Below are positions 39,462 through 48,097 of a DNA stretch of 64,000 nt, piece by piece. Position 1 is the stretch's first letter; every line of letters begins with the position of its first letter. The position numbers and the translations under genes are program-made. The DNA lies in NCBI GenBank assembly GCA_032372955.1, contig GCA_032372955.1_4725.1; one strand, 5' to 3'. This DNA comes from Escherichia coli (lineage in GTDB: Bacteria; Pseudomonadota; Gammaproteobacteria; Enterobacterales; Enterobacteriaceae). Under the pieces are notes generated by a model that saw nothing but the letters and a program-made list of their open reading frames with translations, was not told the origin of the DNA and did no database searches.

Positions 39462-39947
39462 ATGAAGCTATCAACACTGCTTTCTGAATGGGGGACGTAT
39501 CTTACCCAAAAGAACCCTCACGAGGTAACGCCAACACAAACAGATGTCTACGTTAAGACCGAAGTGGCTTCTAAACTTGCACCGCTTGTTACCCAGTGTT
39601 ACCTTCCCTTTCTTTTTTTCAGTCGCGATCGTATCGTACCGTCTGGTTCTTACAACAACGGAAGAATAAGTTTGTCGGAAGGTGTTGCCGAATACAATAC
39701 CAAAGAGGGTGTTGTTCCTGCAACGACGTTGGATGTGTCTGGTGTAAGTGAATCTGTTGGCTGGGTTTATCTTGCTGTCACCGATAGCGGTTTCGCCTAT
39801 ACGTTAACGGATAGCAACAGTAGTTACAAAAACGTGATGCGTATCGGGACATGGAACAAAGTTCAGGGTACCGTGCACCTCGCGGCAACACGTAAGATCG
39901 GCACCGTTGAAATCGACGACGGACAGCTTCCTGACTCGCCTATTTAA
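39462..39947 (+). CDS. tail-fibre-associated protein
   Basis: 161-aa ORF; N-terminal KNPHEVTPTQTDV motif; follows previous gene by 4 nt. Confidence 0.5.
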   Translation: MKLSTLLSEWGTYLTQKNPHEVTPTQTDVYVKTEVASKLAPLVTQCYLPFLFFSRDRIVPSGSYNNGRISLSEGVAEYNTKEGVVPATTLDVSGVSESVGWVYLAVTDSGFAYTLTDSNSSYKNVMRIGTWNKVQGTVHLAATRKIGTVEIDDGQLPDSPI

Positions 39948-39959
39948 TCGAGGTGAATA

Positions 39960-42563
39960 ATGGCAATGAAAAAGTTCAGCGAACTGGTGAATAGCGTTAC
40001 TACGCGTATCGCCAGTCGCAACAATCCAACAGGACTAAACGCGAGCGATCTCGGTGCCTACAGTACCGCTGAGTTCAACACTGAGATGGAAAAATACATC
40101 GATATTGGCGTAACCGATATCGAACAGGTTGGGGACCAAAGTTATTTTCCTCTGGCAATCGAAGGCTCCGCTGACGGTGCTATCTCCCTAAACGACAGAT
40201 ACCGTCGTTACGGCGTATGTCGTGAATCAGACGGTACTATCGTGTTATTGCGTTCAGCAACGAACAGCGTAAAGAAAGGGGTTTACTACGTTATCTGTAA
40301 AACAGATCAAAACGGGCAAATCACCGAAGTTATCCCAACCAGTCGTCGTTATGAACCCGCGACGCTCGACCGTATTCCTACGGCGATATACTGTCACCAG
40401 AACGGTATCATGTTAGGTCAAGCTGCTTTTGAAGACGGTAGCAGCCCTAAAATGTTTATCGCGTTGACAGACGGAACGTTTGACGCATCCAAACATGTCG
40501 CCATGTATCTTGATGGTAGTCTTGCCAACTTTGTTGATACATCACCGCATATCTGCTGTTGGGAAATTAACGGTAAAATCTACATCGCTATCGCTGGCAC
40601 TAACAGTTATAAACTCTACTTAAATGTTTATACCGTAACTAAATCTTCCATCGGTCCCAGCGGTGGCAGCGTAGCGGCTACGCAGCTTACGAATATTAGC
40701 GGTAGAACGATAGAAGGAACAGCGATAAGCAACAGTGCCGAGATGATTGTCTGCAACCGCATATCTGCGAACGATTTCCCTTCTGACGGGATCGGTCAAA
40801 TCGTCTGGCGCGCTCAGATTCGTCTGCATGCGGCAACCAAAGGCACGAAAGCACGTATTCTGATTGCTTCGTCGTGGTGGACAAACAACCGCAAAAATCA
40901 GCAAAAGAACGGGGTACATCAGTTCTATCTGGATTTTGAAACCACCAACAACAGTTATAGCATGAATCCAGGCGCTGGACAATCCACGTACGTGTCAACC
41001 GATAGCGGAATAGACTGGGTAGGACCTTCCAACACAACGGCGGGGACAAGCGGGTATAACGACGGTTTCTGGCAGTGGGGTTCGGGTAACAGTACGGGAA
41101 ATATTGAAATCGATGAACGTGGTCAAGTCGCTGTGATTCAAAACGACAACTTATCCGCTCCCTACGCACGATCGTACACTATCAGAGGTTTCTCTGGAAA
41201 CGTGTTTGACGAACTTGCCAAACTTGGTCCAACCAGTGGAATACAGCACGACTCAAACTGGAAAAGCGTTGACGATCGTGTCGTTGGTGCACTTGCGTCC
41301 CATGGTTACCTGGGTTTCTTTGCTAAAAACAAGGTTTTCGTTAACTCGCGTACGGCTGGTGGGCAAGGTAATTTCGAAGCCCGTTTGGTGACTTACGATT
41401 GGAACCTTAGCTATCGTTATCGAGGTGAGGGTATAGACGTTTACGGTTTTCCACCTTCCAACAACGTGGTGGTTAGCGCAGGTCAACTATCGCGACCTTT
41501 CCTAACCGTACATTTAAGCGATGACAATACGGTAGTTAGCGGGTCTTATTTAACTGATTCAAACTTATCCGGTAAAATCGGATACGACGCCACCAAACTC
41601 GCACCTTCCGGTGAAGACATCAGTATAACCGCAGCCAACCTGCAAGCGGGCGGACAGCTCGTGTGGAACGCGTATACTGGAACCAAGGTGTCTGGTGTTA
41701 GTCAGTGGCAGCATGCGTTAGCCGTACCTCCAGATGGTACAAACGCACCCTGTATTCTGTTTGTTGCTGGCTGTAATAACAGCACGCGCGTACATGGACG
41801 AATCGCTGCGGAAGTTACCGTATCCGCACGTAAAGGTGCTATTACGGTGACGGGCGTAACCAAACTGCTGGGTTATGTCGAGGAAGCCGATACAACAACT
41901 ATCGGTAGTCAGTATGCTGCCTGGGGTGCATTAGCTTACAAGAAGGTGAGTGATGGATGGCTTGTTGCGGGACATGTTCCGTACTCCCGTCAGTCTGCAG
42001 GGAACCAGAACACCTATCAGTTCCGAGCTGGACGACAAAACGATGGGAACTGGACAACCATCGCATTTGAAGGTATGTATGCTTACCTACAGACAAGCGG
42101 CTGGCGCTGGAACGTGCATCCGGTGTGGGGAATCGGTTATGTTGATACCGCAGTCTCTACGGTGATGGGTAATGGCGGTCAAGTCTTTAGCGCTGTCGGT
42201 AATTCCGTTGCGGAATATAAAGCTCTCGCTGTTAAAAACCGTTACATGGTTTCTACGGTCGTTGCTGCTTCCGGTTACGATATCTACATCAACGAAGACA
42301 TCACTTGCTTGTTTGCCGGTAAAGTCATGACCCTACCTAAAGGCCATTATAACCTAAAAGACTATAATAGCTCACCAGGTAATAAAACATGGTACGTTTC
42401 CGTTGTTCCTAATGGCGACCAGTTAGAACTGGAGTTAACCATCTACAAGCAAGAGGATGATAAAGGACAGCGCGTTAATATCGGAACGATTACGACCAGC
42501 GATACCCAGATCTCTGTCATTAATCTCAATAAGACAACCAAATTAGGTACAGTCACGTTATAA
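39960..42563 (+). CDS. large tail fibre/tail spike protein
   Basis: 867-aa ORF, GAGGTGA RBS; N-terminal NNPTGLNASDLGAYS adaptor-like motif; sits within fibre module. Confidence 0.6.
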   Translation: MAMKKFSELVNSVTTRIASRNNPTGLNASDLGAYSTAEFNTEMEKYIDIGVTDIEQVGDQSYFPLAIEGSADGAISLNDRYRRYGVCRESDGTIVLLRSATNSVKKGVYYVICKTDQNGQITEVIPTSRRYEPATLDRIPTAIYCHQNGIMLGQAAFEDGSSPKMFIALTDGTFDASKHVAMYLDGSLANFVDTSPHICCWEINGKIYIAIAGTNSYKLYLNVYTVTKSSIGPSGGSVAATQLTNISGRTIEGTAISNSAEMIVCNRISANDFPSDGIGQIVWRAQIRLHAATKGTKARILIASSWWTNNRKNQQKNGVHQFYLDFETTNNSYSMNPGAGQSTYVSTDSGIDWVGPSNTTAGTSGYNDGFWQWGSGNSTGNIEIDERGQVAVIQNDNLSAPYARSYTIRGFSGNVFDELAKLGPTSGIQHDSNWKSVDDRVVGALASHGYLGFFAKNKVFVNSRTAGGQGNFEARLVTYDWNLSYRYRGEGIDVYGFPPSNNVVVSAGQLSRPFLTVHLSDDNTVVSGSYLTDSNLSGKIGYDATKLAPSGEDISITAANLQAGGQLVWNAYTGTKVSGVSQWQHALAVPPDGTNAPCILFVAGCNNSTRVHGRIAAEVTVSARKGAITVTGVTKLLGYVEEADTTTIGSQYAAWGALAYKKVSDGWLVAGHVPYSRQSAGNQNTYQFRAGRQNDGNWTTIAFEGMYAYLQTSGWRWNVHPVWGIGYVDTAVSTVMGNGGQVFSAVGNSVAEYKALAVKNRYMVSTVVAASGYDIYINEDITCLFAGKVMTLPKGHYNLKDYNSSPGNKTWYVSVVPNGDQLELELTIYKQEDDKGQRVNIGTITTSDTQISVINLNKTTKLGTVTL

Positions 42564-42576
42564 GGACCTCCAGGTT

Positions 42577-44625
42577 ATGTCGACACCAATTACCCTGAAG
42601 TACCCCGAGGACTGGACCGGTACACTCGCCAGCAACCACATCGTTGGTGAAGAGCATACCGTTCCACGAACCGAGAATAAATGTTACGCCCTTGATGGCG
42701 GACCGTTCTTCACCGAAAGTCTGGTCATCACTGAAAAGCTTACCGGTAAGACACTGGTACGAGGCGTGGATTATAAACCCATTTTCTTGTATCAGGATGC
42801 AACGCTTTACGCAGGTAAAGAAATCTGTGCAGCCATCGCCATCATCAACGATGATATCGAGGGGACATTAGTTAACGACTATTGTATCATCGGTGGTGTT
42901 TACGTAAGTCTTATTGACGCGTTATATCAGGCTATCGAAGAACTCAAACTTGACGATCGTCCGATCAACTGGGACGACATCAAGAACAAACCGGAACTTT
43001 ATCCGCCTGAACCACACATCCACCACGTTAGCGCCATCTACGGTACCGAACATCTTTGCTTAGCGATCTATTCACTGAAAGCCGCAATACTTATCGGTGA
43101 TGCTGCGTCCGATAACCGTCTCTGGGCAGCAATCGATCAGTTACGCAAAGACATGCAAGCAGCGGATAAAGATCTGACCGATCTGCATTACGCTCACGCT
43201 AACCGTACCGATAACCCGCACGAAACCACAAAAGCCCAAGTCGGACTAGGTAACGTACAGAACTATCCTACCGCAAACAAGGCGGAGGCAGAAGCCGGTA
43301 CTGCACCTGACCGATACATGACCGCACAAACGGTTGGTTGGGCGATTGCTAAACTGGCGGGCGATCTAGTCGATGCGCACGCTAACCGTCGGGATAACCC
43401 GCACAGCGTCACCAAAGCGCAGGTTAACCTTGGGAACGTTGATAACTTCCCGACCGCTTCGGATGATGAGGCGAAAGCCGGGACAGCGAACAACCGTTTC
43501 ATGACGCCGCTACGTACCGTTGCCGCGATCGAACAGTTCGCGTTGATTCCACTTAACGCGCATAAAGCCGATTATAACAACCCACACAGGGTAACGAAAG
43601 CCCAGGTGGGATTAGGGAATGTGCAAGACTATCCGATGGCTTCTGAAGAAGAAGCGCGTGCCGGTGTTGCAGCTAACCGATTAATGGCACCGAACACAAC
43701 CAAAGCGTCCATTGAGACCTTTGCGTTAGTTCCGCTTAATGCACACATCGCTGACAAGAATAACCCACACCAAGTGTCTAAAGCACAAGTAGGGTTAGGA
43801 AGTGTTGAGAACTACCCAACCGCTAACCAAGCTGAGGCGCAAGGTGGTTCTGCGACGAACCGTTACATGACGCCACAGTCTACCAACTGGGCAATTCAGA
43901 AATTAGCGGGTGATCTGGTTAACGCTCACGCTAACCGTCGAGACAACCCGCACGCTGTTACGAAAGCGCAGGTAGGGTTAGGGAACGTACAGAACTATGG
44001 TATCGCTTCCGATGCGCATGCGCAGCAAGATGTTAACACCGTGTATTCTACACCACGTAACGCCCGTCTCGCTGCAACGCACATCATCGACACACGCTTG
44101 TTCTGGGGTTCTTACAGCGGAAACAAACTGGTCTTCGTTGATGGTAATGGTGGTACGCGTTTAGGTAAACATGTCATCATCACGGAGAATGGCGGCGGTG
44201 AGATCACACGCTTCTATTGGGGGAACTCTGCGGGCGGTGGTAGTGCGCTATACTTCAACAGCAATATCGATGTTCCTAACGCTTACATTCGCTCGGATGA
44301 GCGTAGTAAACACGACATCCGTTATCTGAAAGACCATCCAGAATCTCTCAGTGAACGTTTACGTGAAATGGCGCGCAATGGGCTTGCCCGCTTCCGTCAC
44401 AACTACGATCCTGATGTCGAGAAGATCGGTGTTATCGCACAGCGTGTTCAAGAACAGTTCCCTGAAATGATCAACGTATCAGATAAAGGACTGTTAAGTC
44501 TTGACACCATGGTGTATAGCGGGGTTCTGTTAGGCGGTTGGTACGAACACGACCAACAGCTTCGTGCTCTGCGTGCAATGGTTGAAGAAATTGCACATCA
44601 CGTGAAAGGAACCAAGGGTATTTAA
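42577..44625 (+). CDS. tail fibre protein with C-terminal S74-type intramolecular chaperone
   Basis: 682-aa ORF; eight NPHxVTKAQVGLGNV repeats; last 110 aa begin SDERSKHDIRYL and contain IGVIAQRVQEQFPEM. Confidence 0.8.
   Translation: MSTPITLKYPEDWTGTLASNHIVGEEHTVPRTENKCYALDGGPFFTESLVITEKLTGKTLVRGVDYKPIFLYQDATLYAGKEICAAIAIINDDIEGTLVNDYCIIGGVYVSLIDALYQAIEELKLDDRPINWDDIKNKPELYPPEPHIHHVSAIYGTEHLCLAIYSLKAAILIGDAASDNRLWAAIDQLRKDMQAADKDLTDLHYAHANRTDNPHETTKAQVGLGNVQNYPTANKAEAEAGTAPDRYMTAQTVGWAIAKLAGDLVDAHANRRDNPHSVTKAQVNLGNVDNFPTASDDEAKAGTANNRFMTPLRTVAAIEQFALIPLNAHKADYNNPHRVTKAQVGLGNVQDYPMASEEEARAGVAANRLMAPNTTKASIETFALVPLNAHIADKNNPHQVSKAQVGLGSVENYPTANQAEAQGGSATNRYMTPQSTNWAIQKLAGDLVNAHANRRDNPHAVTKAQVGLGNVQNYGIASDAHAQQDVNTVYSTPRNARLAATHIIDTRLFWGSYSGNKLVFVDGNGGTRLGKHVIITENGGGEITRFYWGNSAGGGSALYFNSNIDVPNAYIRSDERSKHDIRYLKDHPESLSERLREMARNGLARFRHNYDPDVEKIGVIAQRVQEQFPEMINVSDKGLLSLDTMVYSGVLLGGWYEHDQQLRALRAMVEEIAHHVKGTKGI
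44293..44622 (+). other. S74-type autoproteolytic intramolecular-chaperone domain
   Basis: Residues 573-682 of the 42577 ORF; Ser of SDERSK would be the autocleavage nucleophile by analogy with endosialidase/T5 L-shaped fibre domains. Confidence 0.6.
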
Positions 44626-44630
44626 TTCAA

Positions 44631-44709
44631 CGTTCTAGAACGCGTTGTAACGCTTCGAAAAGTTTAACCTGGGGTTTGCCTGGATTAAATCGTTTATCGC
44701 GTTCTAGAC
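44631..44709. promoter_or_regulatory. pair of GTTCTAGA-containing palindromic sites upstream of endolysin gene
   Basis: CGTTCTAGAACG at 44631-44642 and GCGTTCTAGAC at 44699-44709. Confidence 0.3.
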
Positions 44710-44752
44710 CCTTCCTTGTTCCTCTAAATCGTTATTCCGACGAGGAGTTCTA

Positions 44753-45388
44753 ATGGCTAAGATTACTGAAAAAGATTTTACCTGCGAATTCATCATTCGC
44801 GACAAAACCGATGTTGAAGGTGGGTATATTGATGACCCGGATGACAGCGGGAAATGTACAAACCACGGCATCACGCAAGCGCTTGCTAATCAATACAAAA
44901 CCACGCTGAAAACGAAATTCGGCTGGAACGGTAACATGCGTAACCTTACCACGGAAATGGCGTTCTTTATCTACAAGACTCATTTCTGGGATAAGATGAA
45001 GCTTGACGAAGTCATGAAACGTTCTGTGTTCTTAGCTGACCGTCTCTTTGACCTGGGTATCAATGCAGGTAAAACGGTTGCGGTTAAGAACCTTCAGCGT
45101 TACCTGAACGTCATGAACAACCGTCAAACTTACTGGAAAGATATCAACGCCGACGGTTTGATGGGACCTGCGACGTTAGGCGTACTCGACGCTTACATCG
45201 CTAAACGCGGAGAAACCGGTAAAGATTATCTCATCGACGCGATGCTAGATATGCAGAGCACTTACTACATCGAATTAGCTGAACGTCGTGAGAAAGACGA
45301 GAAGTTCATTTACGGTTGGCAGGCACGTAAACGTCGTGAGCGTAAGCGTTATGAAGCGATCATCTTGAACGGGTTCAGTGCTGAGTAA
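44753..45388 (+). CDS. endolysin, GH108-type muramidase with peptidoglycan-binding C-terminus
   Basis: 211-aa ORF, GAGGAG RBS; N-terminal EGGYIDDPDDSGKCTNHGIT matches the GH108 motif. Confidence 0.75.
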   Translation: MAKITEKDFTCEFIIRDKTDVEGGYIDDPDDSGKCTNHGITQALANQYKTTLKTKFGWNGNMRNLTTEMAFFIYKTHFWDKMKLDEVMKRSVFLADRLFDLGINAGKTVAVKNLQRYLNVMNNRQTYWKDINADGLMGPATLGVLDAYIAKRGETGKDYLIDAMLDMQSTYYIELAERREKDEKFIYGWQARKRRERKRYEAIILNGFSAE

Positions 45389-45451
45389 AACCCTGCCGTA
45401 AACCGTCATAAAACGCTCCAGAACGAACGGAACGCATAAAGACGTATAAGA

Positions 45452-45483
45452 CCCCTCCTCACCCAATAACGGATGAGGAGGGG
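45452..45483 (+). terminator. CCTCC-armed hairpin with different loop
   Basis: CCCCTCCTCA-CCCAATAACGGA-TGAGGAGGGG, perfect 10-bp stem after the endolysin gene. Confidence 0.45.
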
Positions 45484-45631
45484 CTTAACAGGTGTTCGTG
45501 TTTATTCAGGTTGGTCTGGGTCCCTGGCCGCTTGAGGAGATCCACAACCCTTTCAACACCACGCTTCATACGAAGCGCTCAATGAGAAAGATAAGCGTGC
45601 AACCACGCAGATTGTTACAACCAAATTGTAG

Positions 45632-45678
45632 AAGAGCAATAGCCGAGCTGTACAAAACCCATACTATTGCTCTTTATG
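45632..45678. terminator. hairpin followed by TATG at the 3' end of the - strand abundant gene
   Basis: AAGAGCAATAG ... CTATTGCTCTT (11-bp stem, 21-nt loop) then TATGCTT. Confidence 0.4.
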
Positions 45679-45682
45679 CTTA

Positions 45683-46225
45683 TTAGCCAACAACGCTAAC
45701 GGTCGGTTTCACGAAGCCATCAGCTACGTTATCCGCCAGAACGGTTGCCAGGTCATCTTTCGGTGCAGCTGCGTAGGTCAGTGCAACCTGCAGAGTGCCG
45801 GTATATACCAGGCCATTCTCGATCGCATTCAGAGTTACCTGACCAACAGTACCTGCAGACAGCTGGAAGGTTTCTTCATTGATTTCACCGGTCAGGGAAG
45901 CCAGACCGAATTTGGTGACCAGCTTGCTTACCAGCTCGGAAGCCTTAATGCTGTCGGTACCGTGCGGCAGTTCGAAAGTAACATCGCCAGTTACATCAGC
46001 GAAAACTTCGGACAGAGCCAGACGATCGTAGTAGAACTGCTGAGTACCCTGCAGGTTAGCTGCTTCAGCTGCAGCATCCAGCTGAATAACGGTGTTCTTT
46101 TCATGTTCGGAAGACGTCTGCGGAGTACCGAACTGCAGTTCTTCTTCGGTCAGCGTGCGGGTTGCTTTGGTGTTGATAAGATCAAGCAGAAGGGATTTCG
46201 CTGCTTTGTTAAAGTCTAAGGCCAT
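45683..46225 (-). CDS. abundant small protein, short member of the YYDR/LxYTG paralogue family
   Basis: Start chosen at internal ATG (MALDFNK) with GAGGACA RBS; high-expression codon usage like the capsid gene; motifs FYYDRLAL, TKFGLASLT, LVYTGTLQV. Confidence 0.65.
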   Translation of the reverse strand: MALDFNKAAKSLLLDLINTKATRTLTEEELQFGTPQTSSEHEKNTVIQLDAAAEAANLQGTQQFYYDRLALSEVFADVTGDVTFELPHGTDSIKASELVSKLVTKFGLASLTGEINEETFQLSAGTVGQVTLNAIENGLVYTGTLQVALTYAAAPKDDLATVLADNVADGFVKPTVSVVG

Positions 46226-46366
46226 GATAATGTGTCCTCTGATTTTTGATGGTCGAAAAGGAGATTCGGAGTCGTTCTCCATAATATTTACATTAATATA
46301 AAATATATTAATTTCTGTAAACACTTACATCTTTTGAGAGTGATGTAACAACCATAGAGGTAGAAA

Positions 46367-47260
46367 ATGGCAACTCAAGTTTCGCTTACTTTAAAAACAC
46401 CTTGGCAACTTATCGTTGATGAGATTAACAAACTCAACGCCGACACTGGTGCCAGCTTCCAATACACCGACCTTAAATACGTTCTTAAAGAAAAGAATCC
46501 TTCTGCTCCAGAAGCAACTTTAACGCTTAGCCCTGGTGATGGTACCCCTTACTTCAATAACCGTGATGTTACCTACCATCGTCTGGATCTGGCTAAATGG
46601 TTCCAGAAAATCGCTGTACGTGTTAACGTTACTGCTGACACCACCATCGGTGATGTGGTTGACCTTGTAGCTCAACGCTACGGTATGATCACACCGACCG
46701 GTGAGAAGTTCCTGGATAAAGATAAAGACATCAAAGCCGATACGTTATCTAATCCGGTTACCTTCAACGAGCATGGTATCCAGACGATCACCCTGGAAGC
46801 TAAAGAAGATTCGTTGGCGTGGTACGGCTCTGTTCAAGTTAAAGTTTATAACACCACGCTGGATCTGGCTAACATCATCAAGGTTACCAATCTGGGTAAC
46901 TTAACCTACGTTGATGAAGGCGACGGCACCAAAACGTCAGCACGTCTGTTAACCTATCCGTTAGACTTCAGTACTTACACCGCAGGTTTACAAGCTATTA
47001 CCAGCAACGATACCAAGATCGATGCAGGCTTAGCAGGTAACCTGACTACCCTGATCAAAGAGCAGACTGGTGTAAGTGATGATATCATCAATGAACTGAA
47101 AACCAATCTGCAAACAGCTACCTTTGTCTATAACGGTGCTACCACCGGGTCTACTGACAAAGGTGTTAACGCTACGTACAGCAATGTGCTGGTGCTGTCG
47201 TTAGCTGACGGTACTCACACCTACGGTAAAGCAGTATTCGGTTATAACGTTTCCGAATAA
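46367..47260 (+). CDS. paralogue family protein, member 5
   Basis: 297-aa ORF, AGAGG RBS; motifs VTYHRLDLA, QRYGMITP, LAWYGSVQV; divergent from the 45683 gene. Confidence 0.65.
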   Translation: MATQVSLTLKTPWQLIVDEINKLNADTGASFQYTDLKYVLKEKNPSAPEATLTLSPGDGTPYFNNRDVTYHRLDLAKWFQKIAVRVNVTADTTIGDVVDLVAQRYGMITPTGEKFLDKDKDIKADTLSNPVTFNEHGIQTITLEAKEDSLAWYGSVQVKVYNTTLDLANIIKVTNLGNLTYVDEGDGTKTSARLLTYPLDFSTYTAGLQAITSNDTKIDAGLAGNLTTLIKEQTGVSDDIINELKTNLQTATFVYNGATTGSTDKGVNATYSNVLVLSLADGTHTYGKAVFGYNVSE

Positions 47261-47276
47261 TTTTAATTAATCTCTC

Positions 47277-47308
47277 CCTTCCTCCTTCCCTGTTGGGTTG
47301 GAGGAAGG
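47277..47308 (+). terminator. conserved hairpin element followed by TTTATG
   Basis: CCTTCCTCC-TT-CCC-TGTT-GGG-TT-GGAGGAAGG. Confidence 0.55.
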
Positions 47309-48097
47309 TTTATGTTTGTGATTATTCTTCTCTTTTATAATTTCTAATGATAAGATTAAGTACCTGGAGTAAAAGTTTACAGATGTTGTAAATGTATTTG
47401 GAAAGTAAAATTTCCACGACCTCGGCCCCTTCGGGGGACGGGGGAGGAGCGAAGTCCTTTAGAGACGAGCAACAGGATAACTCTAAGAAAAAGAAAAACT
47501 AAACGAGCGAAGCGAGTTTATGTTTTTATCCTTAGAGTTATCAAGCTATAAGCGTAGCGTTAGCGTATAACGGTTATGTCGTATACGAATGCAATGAGTA
47601 TAGACGAGATACTCTGATGAACAACGTGAAGAAGAGTATCACAAATGTTTTTTGAGTTATCCGGATTTAACTAGCATGTAACGAAGTGTAATGCACAGAT
47701 GACATGTGTTACCGTTAAGGTAGTAAACACATGTTATCCATTGTTTTGAAGATAAGCTTATTAACTTACTTTTAAATCAATTTAAATATACAAACAACTT
47801 AAACATACCAAGATAAAACAATTGAACCTAAGATAAACAAGATAACTTAGACAATACACTTTTAACGAATACAGATAACATCTTACTTAAATCAAAATAC
47901 CTATCCTCGTTTACCTTCCTTGCTTGCAACACCTCTTCTAAATCCATCCCTTCTTAAGAAACAACAAAACCCTTACTGTAACACAAATCCTTTCACGACT
48001 ATATTACCTAAGTGATGCGTACGTACGATGTTCGTATTGCGTCAAATAGAACTCAATACGTTGTTTAATTAACGTGAAAAACAGAGGAACTTTTTAA
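47309..48097. other. 789-bp AT-rich non-coding region with inverted and direct repeats
   Basis: No ORF of 60 aa or more; 12-bp inverted repeat 47476-47487 / 47531-47542; five AGATAA copies 47750-47880; direct repeat CTTACTT(TT)AAATCAA at 47765 and 47882. Confidence 0.6.
48000..48015 (+). promoter_or_regulatory. conserved promoter-like motif TATATTACCTAAGTGA (copy C)
   Basis: Preceded by TTTCACGAC as in copy D; ~80 nt upstream of the 48098 gene cluster. Confidence 0.45.

Noticed and set aside
45492-45686. 64-aa ORF in the gap between the endolysin and the - strand abundant gene
   Set aside because: Begins at a GTG inside a hairpin and runs through terminator-like structures; no RBS.
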